Below, piece by piece: positions 32,435-38,923 of a stretch of 42,618 nt of DNA (position 1 is the stretch's first letter; every line of letters begins with the position of its first letter). The translations under genes and the position numbers were made by a program. The notes beneath the pieces were generated by a model that saw only the letters and a program-made list of their open reading frames with translations, was not told where the DNA came from and did no database searches. The stretch comes from an uncultured Methylophilus sp. Its GTDB lineage: Bacteria > Pseudomonadota > Gammaproteobacteria > Burkholderiales > Methylophilaceae. The DNA lies in contig CAKZJM010000228.1 in NCBI GenBank assembly GCA_936943315.1, positions 1 through 42,618 of the forward strand, in the 5' to 3' direction.

Positions 32435-33847
32435 TTGAAGAAATATGAAATCATCGCCGAAGAAATCGCCAGCGCCATTCAGCAAGTCCTGTTAAAACGC
32501 GGCGATAAATTACCATCTATCCGGCAAATACAAGTCAGCAAGCAAGTGAATGCCTCGACCGTTTTCCAGGCTTATTACCTGCTGGAAGCCCGAGGGCTGG
32601 TGGTGACGCGCCCACGTTCTGGCTATTACGTGGCCGGCCCTTTGCGCAGTGAACGCCTGCTGCCGCACACGGCCAGCGATACCGGCCTGCCCACCACTCT
32701 GCAAATCAGTGACCTGGTTTTCACCTTGCTCGAACGCATCAAAGATCCGCAGCAGATCCCGTTTGGATCAGCCTTTCCCAGCCCGCTATTATTTCCGCTA
32801 TCGAAACTGGCAGATCATATGGCAACCACCGTCCGCCGCATGCAACCGCAGGATACCGTGAGTGACATTGGGCAGGGCGATGCAGAGCTCAGGCGGCAAA
32901 TTGCCTTGCGTTATCAACTGGATGGCAAGCATACCGACCTCAATGATATTGTCATCACCAATGGCGCGCTGGAGGCGCTTAACCTGTGCCTGGCGGCGGT
33001 GACGCAACCGGGTGACAGCGTGATCATTGAATGCCCCACCTTTTATGCCGCCTTGCAAGCGATTGAGCGCATGGGACTCAAAGCCATTGAAGTGCCCAGC
33101 CACCCTGAACACGGCCTGGACCTGGACGCGCTGGAGCGCGCCATTCTTCAGCACAAGCCCAAGGCCTGTTGGCTCATGACCAACTTCCAGAATCCGACTG
33201 GCAGCCTGATGCCGCAAGACAAAAAACAGGCATTAGTCGCACTGATCACACGCTATCAGTTGCCACTGATTGAAGACGACGTGTACAGGGAGTTATATTT
33301 TAGCAAACAGCGCCCTTTGCCTGCCACCACCTGGGATAAAGAAGGCTGGGTCATGCATTGCAGCTCCTTCTCCAAATCACTGGCGCCGGGTTACCGCGTC
33401 GGTTGGGTGTCGGCGGGCCGCTTTAGTGAACGGATTACGCGCCTGAAAATCTCCACGACCCTGGCCACCTCTATCCCGGCACAGCAGGCGCTCGCGAGTT
33501 ACCTGAGCAAGGGCGGCTATGACAAGCATTTACGGCAGCTGCGCCACCAGCTGATGTTGCAGCAACTCCAGTTTTCGCAGGCCATCCACCAGCATTTTCC
33601 AGCACAGGTACGCTTTACCTTGCCGCAAGGCGGTTATTTTTTATGGCTACAGTTGCCAGGCGGGCAGGACAGCCTGCAACTGTTCCAGCAAGCCATTAAT
33701 CACAATATCAGTTTGGCCCCAGGTCATATGTTTTCGTCCCAGCAGCAATATGCCAGCTACATCCGTCTCAACTATGGCCATCCTTTTACGCCAGTCAATC
33801 AGCAGGCAATTGCCACCCTGGGCAAATTAATCAAACCCGTTCATTAA
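32435..33847 (+). CDS. MocR-family (GntR HTH plus PLP aminotransferase-like) regulator, MpaR-like
   Basis: GDKLPSIR...STVFQAYYLLE..G...RPRSGYYV; NFQNPTG, IEDDVY, SFSKSLAPGYRVGW (PLP lysine kept). Adjacency to ccoG resembles P. aeruginosa PA4131/PA4132. Confidence 0.88.
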   Translation: MKKYEIIAEEIASAIQQVLLKRGDKLPSIRQIQVSKQVNASTVFQAYYLLEARGLVVTRPRSGYYVAGPLRSERLLPHTASDTGLPTTLQISDLVFTLLERIKDPQQIPFGSAFPSPLLFPLSKLADHMATTVRRMQPQDTVSDIGQGDAELRRQIALRYQLDGKHTDLNDIVITNGALEALNLCLAAVTQPGDSVIIECPTFYAALQAIERMGLKAIEVPSHPEHGLDLDALERAILQHKPKACWLMTNFQNPTGSLMPQDKKQALVALITRYQLPLIEDDVYRELYFSKQRPLPATTWDKEGWVMHCSSFSKSLAPGYRVGWVSAGRFSERITRLKISTTLATSIPAQQALASYLSKGGYDKHLRQLRHQLMLQQLQFSQAIHQHFPAQVRFTLPQGGYFLWLQLPGGQDSLQLFQQAINHNISLAPGHMFSSQQQYASYIRLNYGHPFTPVNQQAIATLGKLIKPVH

Positions 33848-33870
33848 GAAAAGCAATGCGATACCACGGC

Positions 33871-33907
33871 ATCTGATATGGTTTTTTAATTAAAAACTGA
33901 ATCTGTT
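33871..33907 (+). promoter_or_regulatory. Candidate MocR/MpaR operator, copy 2, upstream of ccoG
   Basis: ATCTGATATGGTT-N10-AAACTG-N3-CTGTT. Confidence 0.7.
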
Positions 33908-33961
33908 TATACCCGCATTCTTCTTCTACACTGCACCCGTCTGATTGATTCGAGTGCCTGT

Positions 33962-35371
33962 ATGACTTCACACCGTAGCAAACCCATCATCCCGATTGTG
34001 GCAGCGCCCGTCACTGAGCAAACCATTTCGCTTTACCAGAAAACCCGCAAAGTCTATCCGCGCTCGGTCAGCGGCTATTTTAAAAACTGGCGCTGGCTCA
34101 TGATCTGGCTGACCCAACTGGTGTTTTACGGCATGCCCTGGCTGCAATACGGTGATCGGCAGGCGGTTTTACTTGATCTCAATGCGCATCGCTTCTACCT
34201 GTTTGGCGTGGTGATCTTTCCGCAGGATTTGTTTTACCTAGCGTTGCTGTTGATTGTCTGTGCCCTCGGCCTGTTTCTGTTTACCGCAGTGGCCGGGCGG
34301 CTATGGTGCGGTTTCTCCTGCCCGCAATCGGTCTACACAGAACTCTTTTTATGGATGGAGCGCACGATAGAGGGTGACCGCATGGCCAGGCAAAAACTGG
34401 ACGCACAATCCTGGGGCTTGCGCAAAACCGGTATCAAAGCCAGTAAACATAGCGCCTGGCTGGTTTTTTCATTGGTAACCGGATTTACCTTTGTCGGCTA
34501 CTTTACCCCTATCCGTGACTTACTGGTCGACGTGCAACAAGGACAATTGGGGGACTGGTCTTTCTTCTGGCTGGGCTTCTACAGCCTGGCGACCTACGGC
34601 AATGCGGGGTTTTTACGCGAGCAGGTGTGCAAACACATGTGCCCTTATGCCCGCTTTCAAAGCGCTATGTTCGACAACCATACCCTGATTGTGGCGTATG
34701 ACAGCGCACGCGGTGAACCCCGTGGCGGCCGCAGCAAAAGCCAGGACTACCAGGCGCAGGGCCTGGGCTCATGCATAGATTGCAATATTTGTGTGCAGGT
34801 GTGTCCGGTAGGCATCGATATCCGCAATGGCTTGCAATATGAGTGCATTAGTTGCGGCCTGTGTATTGATGCCTGCAATGACGTGATGGACAAAATGCAG
34901 TATCCGAGAGACTTGATCCGCTTTTCCGCGGCGGGCTTGAGCGGCCAGCACCAGTTAAGCAAGCACCTGTTACGCCCGCGCGTACTCATTTACAGCGGAC
35001 TATTTCTACTGATTACGGGCTGGATGGTCTACGGGCTGCTGCACAAACCGGACTTCAAGGTCGATGTCATGCGTGACCGCAATATCATGTACCGTGAAAC
35101 GGCGCAGGGCGTAGAGAACCTGTATCAGTTACACCTAACCAATGCGACTGAACACACGCAGCGCTACCAACTGCGGGCTACCGGCCTGGACGGGCTTAAA
35201 GTAGAAAGTGAGCAGACACTGACTGCGGGGCCCACAGAAGAGATATTGTTGCCGGTGAGCCTGGCCTTACCCGCCAGCGAGCAGCGTGGCAGCCAGCGCA
35301 TCAAGATCGAGGTGACTGCGCTCGCCAATGGCGAAACCGTGACGACAGACAGCACCTTCTACCTCCCCTGA
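33962..35371 (+). CDS. ccoG: Cytochrome c oxidase accessory protein CcoG/FixG (membrane 4Fe-4S protein)
   Basis: GRLWCGFSCPQ, REQVCKHMCPY, CIDCNICVQVCP, CISCGLCIDAC, C-terminal Ig-like domain. Confidence 0.95.
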   Translation: MTSHRSKPIIPIVAAPVTEQTISLYQKTRKVYPRSVSGYFKNWRWLMIWLTQLVFYGMPWLQYGDRQAVLLDLNAHRFYLFGVVIFPQDLFYLALLLIVCALGLFLFTAVAGRLWCGFSCPQSVYTELFLWMERTIEGDRMARQKLDAQSWGLRKTGIKASKHSAWLVFSLVTGFTFVGYFTPIRDLLVDVQQGQLGDWSFFWLGFYSLATYGNAGFLREQVCKHMCPYARFQSAMFDNHTLIVAYDSARGEPRGGRSKSQDYQAQGLGSCIDCNICVQVCPVGIDIRNGLQYECISCGLCIDACNDVMDKMQYPRDLIRFSAAGLSGQHQLSKHLLRPRVLIYSGLFLLITGWMVYGLLHKPDFKVDVMRDRNIMYRETAQGVENLYQLHLTNATEHTQRYQLRATGLDGLKVESEQTLTAGPTEEILLPVSLALPASEQRGSQRIKIEVTALANGETVTTDSTFYLP

Positions 35372-35434
35372 TGAAACGACTACCCCTTGGCCCGCGTGAT
35401 TTTGCCTGTGACAGCGAAGGTTGACCACCTTCGC

Positions 35435-36850
35435 TCAACCAGCCAAATCGAGTACGCGGGTCTTTTTTTGCGGCAGCATTTTCAGTAAGAGCCTATACGT
35501 TTCGAGGTCAAAATGGAGGAGCGTTTTTTGTTCGCGCAAGGCCTGCAAACTGTCATCGTCCGTCGCCACCCCCAGATACACCCAATGCTCAAACACATGC
35601 ACCTGGCGCAAGTCATTTTCCAGGTTATATTCTTCAATGCCTATCTTGCCACGGTATGGCCAGGCTTTGAGCTGATGTGCCATCAACGCCTGCTGCATAC
35701 GCAAGGCGTGTATTTCTGGAGGCTCTTTTCCGCAACAGACGCCCTTGCAGCGATTAAGCGCAAAAGCGGAACACGCGCCACTGCCACCGGGTTCGAGTCC
35801 AATCATTTTTGCGCATAAATGACTCATGTCAGTGATTTTGCGCAAGGCCTCTACCGCCTGCCGTTTGCTTTTAAAAATCCCAAACAACTGCCTGAGCTGG
35901 CTAGGGTCAATATCGTCTTCATTGACCAGGGTCAGTAATGAGGTTGTCGAAAGTGAAGCCGGGCGTGAAGGATTGCCAACGGCCAGTTGCCAACTGAACA
36001 AGGACTGCTCTCGCCTTGACGGCCGTTGATATAAGGGCGAATGCTGCCGGACCAGGCGTGACTCAAGCAACAAGGCGCTCAACTCACCCGCAGTCGGAAT
36101 CCACTCAAACTTTTTCATTTCCTGCGTCAGCCGTTTTTCCTTACTCGCCTCACTGGTCAGATGTGACAACACACGCGCCCGCAGATTAGTGGCTTTGCCA
36201 ATATAAAGCGGCACATCCTTGTCCCCATAAAATAGGTACACGCCTGGCGCTTCGGGCAGCTCGCCCACCAGGCTGGCATCCACATGCGGCGGCAATGCAG
36301 GCACCGCCATGAGTTTTTGCGCAGCGGCCTCTACCGCCCCGTCACCGAGGTCGCGCCGGGCATCATGAAGCATGACTAAAATCGCTTCCACATCGCCCAT
36401 GGCGCGGTGGCGGGCGAGACCGCTAATCTGGTGACGTTCAACAATGGCATCAATGCCATGACTGTAAAACTGGGGATACAACAGACGTGACAGTTTGACG
36501 GTACATAGCACTTTGGGGCTGAAGCTCACGCCGATACGCTTGAATTCGGTTTTAAGAAACCCGTGATCAAAACGCACATTGTGCGCAGCCAGCACCGAGC
36601 CTTCCAATAAGCTTTGCAGTTTCTCTGCCACTTCAGAAAACAAAGGCGCATCGGCAACCATCTCGTCGTTAATGCCGGTCAGTGACTGGATAAACGGCGG
36701 AATCGGCTGCTGTGGATTGACTAGTGTTTGCCAGCGCACGGTTTCAACGCCATGATCAAAACGCACCAATGCAATTTCGGTGATCCGGTCTTTTAATGGG
36801 GTTGCCCCGGTGGTTTCAAGGTCGAGAAAAGTTACGGCAGGCAATATCAC
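35435..36850 (-). CDS. DEDDh 3'-5' exonuclease fused to GIY-YIG (UvrC/Cho-like) endonuclease
   Basis: DLETTG, AHNVRFD, HRAMGD; PGVYLF...LYIGKA.NLR.RV.SH; Cys-rich Cho-like C-terminus. Confidence 0.88.
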   Translation of the reverse strand: MILPAVTFLDLETTGATPLKDRITEIALVRFDHGVETVRWQTLVNPQQPIPPFIQSLTGINDEMVADAPLFSEVAEKLQSLLEGSVLAAHNVRFDHGFLKTEFKRIGVSFSPKVLCTVKLSRLLYPQFYSHGIDAIVERHQISGLARHRAMGDVEAILVMLHDARRDLGDGAVEAAAQKLMAVPALPPHVDASLVGELPEAPGVYLFYGDKDVPLYIGKATNLRARVLSHLTSEASKEKRLTQEMKKFEWIPTAGELSALLLESRLVRQHSPLYQRPSRREQSLFSWQLAVGNPSRPASLSTTSLLTLVNEDDIDPSQLRQLFGIFKSKRQAVEALRKITDMSHLCAKMIGLEPGGSGACSAFALNRCKGVCCGKEPPEIHALRMQQALMAHQLKAWPYRGKIGIEEYNLENDLRQVHVFEHWVYLGVATDDDSLQALREQKTLLHFDLETYRLLLKMLPQKKTRVLDLAG

Positions 36851-37123
36851 GCGGAAAAGTTCCTACTGCACATCAAAATAGTGGCGAAATGGCTGGGATG
36901 AGTGTCATTTTAACGCACTTTGGCCTGTTCACCGTGGCAGCCAAAGTTTGCCTTAAAAATGCGCTTCAGCAGGCAGATTTGCCATCAAATCGCAAAAAGA
37001 GGTGTGTGATGTCTCATATCTTATACAAAAGCAGTGTTTCTCCTACAAAACACCTATAGACACCCTTCTCAATTGATGCTGTAATTACCAATTACATATT
37101 AATGACAATATAATTTTAACTTC

Positions 37124-37564
37124 ATGCCTAACTTATATTTGGAAAACCAGTTGTGCTTTTCGCTTTACTCGGCCACCCATGCTTTGCTGCGTTCTTACAA
37201 GCCTGATTTGGATAAACTCAATCTGACCTATCCGCAATACCTCGTATTGGTTGCCCTGTGGCAATACAAGCAACTATCGATTAAAGATATCGCTGAAAAG
37301 CTCATGCTGGAACCTGCGACGATTACACCGGTAGTCAAGCGCCTGGAAGCAAAAAAACTGACCAAGCGTACCCGGCAGAAAGATGATGAGCGTGTGGTCA
37401 TTGTCAGCCTGACCGAAGAAGGACAGGCCCTGCGCACAAAACTCTCAGAAGTGCAAAAACGTGTCGCTTGCGATACCGGCTTGAACAGTACCGCGTTTGA
37501 GAATCTCAATAAGACCCTGAATACGCTGACCAAAAGCGTGACAGCCAAGATCCCAAACTACTAG
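37124..37564 (+). CDS. ohrR: MarR family regulator, OhrR-like
   Basis: LENQLCFSLYS with the peroxidatic Cys, LTYPQYLV, DERVV; second Cys near the C-terminus. Confidence 0.8.
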   Translation: MPNLYLENQLCFSLYSATHALLRSYKPDLDKLNLTYPQYLVLVALWQYKQLSIKDIAEKLMLEPATITPVVKRLEAKKLTKRTRQKDDERVVIVSLTEEGQALRTKLSEVQKRVACDTGLNSTAFENLNKTLNTLTKSVTAKIPNY

Positions 37565-37599
37565 ACCGATGGTAGTTTAGCCTGACCCGACCAGGCATC

Positions 37600-37633
37600 A
37601 ATAAAAAGAGGAGCATCGGCTCCTCTTTTTATT
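37600..37633. terminator. Bidirectional intrinsic terminator
   Basis: AATAAAAAGAGGAGC-ATCG-GCTCCTCTTTTTATT. Confidence 0.9.
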
Positions 37634-37641
37634 TGCTGACT

Positions 37642-37976
37642 CAACAGCGTGGGCGCTTTATGTCCTGCATCCAGGCCCTCTTCAAACGATCAAATCAGCC
37701 CCATGATTGTGGTATGGAATCACATTTCTTGTGAAAACACTACACAAAAGCCAAGGAGAGTATGCTGAAAGTACGCATCTCCCCGAAGCGCCCTAGTGGC
37801 TGGTAGAAGCCGTGGATCAAAAGAAGGCGCGTTTAAACTGCATTCGCCATTTGCTGAGCCAGATTGACGATGGCGAAGTTGGCCATACGCAAGTTGTGCG
37901 GCGCAAACGGGTATCCCACGCGGATGACATCCGCGGCCCGGTCCCCAAAGAAATGTTTGTGCCGGCCAACTATTAA
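37642..37976 (+). pseudogene. ppk2: Degraded 3' remnant of polyphosphate kinase 2
   Basis: YTKAKESML (from 37741), frameshift, then THLPEAP*WLVEAVDQKKARLNCIRHLLSQI...RGPVPKEMFVPANY*, with in-frame TAG at 37794; matches the class I PPK2 C-terminus. The 5' boundary is approximate. Confidence 0.85.
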
Positions 37977-38215
37977 TCCGGCATATTCAATTGCCGCATA
38001 AATGTCTGGAAAGACCCTTTGGTGGCGTGTAACGCTTGCAGCTTGGTCACAGACTCATCCAGGGCATCGCTCATCAGTTCCAGCGCGTCTTCATCCAGGC
38101 GCAAACTCATCGCACCGATTTCCAGCTCGATAGTGCGATGCGTTTCGCAATAATGGACGCGGAATCCGGCCTGGCCAGACAATAGAATTTTTTTACACAT
38201 AGCTTCCTCATTCAC
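37973..38215 (-). CDS. Small hypothetical protein (third gene of Fur-box operon)
   Basis: 80 aa ORF, SD-like sequence upstream (GTG 38215 or ATG 38200); similar to the 38517-38729 product. Confidence 0.7.
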   Translation of the reverse strand: MNEEAMCKKILLSGQAGFRVHYCETHRTIELEIGAMSLRLDEDALELMSDALDESVTKLQALHATKGSFQTFMRQLNMPD

Positions 38216-38232
38216 AATTAATCCCCCGTTTT

Positions 38233-38502
38233 TTATGCGCGCAACTGCGTGGCAGCCTGCTCGTGTTCATTGACCAGCAAGGTCCATTGCACGCACATGC
38301 GACGCGACACCCGACAAATCAATTCTGAATCGGCGTATTCAGGGGCGGTCAGTGTTTCGGCCAGGCGCAAGGCCTGTTTGGCCAGGTCGTAGGTTGGTTT
38401 TTTAATATACAAGGTGGCGATATACAGCAATGACGCCATGACGGACTCGGCGTCAGGCAGGCTGGGGTCATAGCGTATCGGGTGGACATTCATTACATTC
38501 AT
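38233..38502 (-). CDS. Small helical hypothetical protein (second gene of Fur-box operon)
   Basis: 89 aa ORF, 14-17 nt spacing to neighbours, C-x6-C-xxW near the end. Confidence 0.7.
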   Translation of the reverse strand: MNVMNVHPIRYDPSLPDAESVMASLLYIATLYIKKPTYDLAKQALRLAETLTAPEYADSELICRVSRRMCVQWTLLVNEHEQAATQLRA

Positions 38503-38516
38503 GGCAATCTCTCTTT

Positions 38517-38729
38517 TTAAAGACTCATCTCAATCTCGGTCTGCATCACAATGCGGGCGGCCGCCTTGCGCAACATTTCGTTAATCACGATAAAGTTGCC
38601 TGCCTCAAACTTCAGCGTGGTACCGCCAACTTCGAGTTCCACCATGTCTGAAGATTGATGATAAAGCACCTTGCAGGCGGTTTTTCCGGCCAACATTGTC
38701 TTGCCCACTACTGTGTGACGTTTCATCAT
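38517..38729 (-). CDS. Small hypothetical protein (first gene of Fur-box operon)
   Basis: 70 aa ORF with AAGGAG SD directly downstream of promoter and Fur box. Confidence 0.75.
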   Translation of the reverse strand: MMKRHTVVGKTMLAGKTACKVLYHQSSDMVELEVGGTTLKFEAGNFIVINEMLRKAAARIVMQTEIEMSL

Positions 38730-38751
38730 GAGGCTCCTTTGCTAATCTTGA

Positions 38752-38784
38752 GTAAATGATAATAATTATCATTTACAAAGTCAA
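38752..38784 (-). promoter_or_regulatory. Fur box overlapping a sigma70 promoter
   Basis: Perfect palindrome GTAAATGATAAT-A-ATTATCATTTAC (38752-38776) containing the 7-1-7 TGATAAT-N-ATTATCA; minus strand TTGACT-N17-TATCAT. Confidence 0.88.
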
Positions 38785-38849
38785 GCGGATTTACATGGCA
38801 ACCAGGTTTACATGACATCTAGGAAAGATAAACAGCGGAAGAGGACAGA

Positions 38850-38919
38850 GAAACAGACCGAGTGAAATTAAGCCACTGAAATGAACCGAGAGAAACTGGC
38901 CGAATGAAGTTAAAGGAGT
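38850..38919. repeat. Degenerate 14-bp tandem repeat, about 5 units
   Basis: gaaacagaccgagt, gaaattaagccact, gaaatgaaccgaga, gaaactggccgaat, gaagttaaaggagt starting at 38850, 38864, 38878, 38892, 38906. Confidence 0.55.
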
Positions 38920-38923
38920 GACA

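Noticed and set aside
36864-36883. TACTG-N10-TAGTG, possible LexA box upstream of the exonuclease/GIY-YIG gene
   Set aside because: Mismatch in the essential CAG half-site and lacks CTGT; too weak to call.
38850-38919. Possible CRISPR array or iterons
   Set aside because: Units are 14 bp, degenerate and lack spacers; no cas or rep gene in the window.
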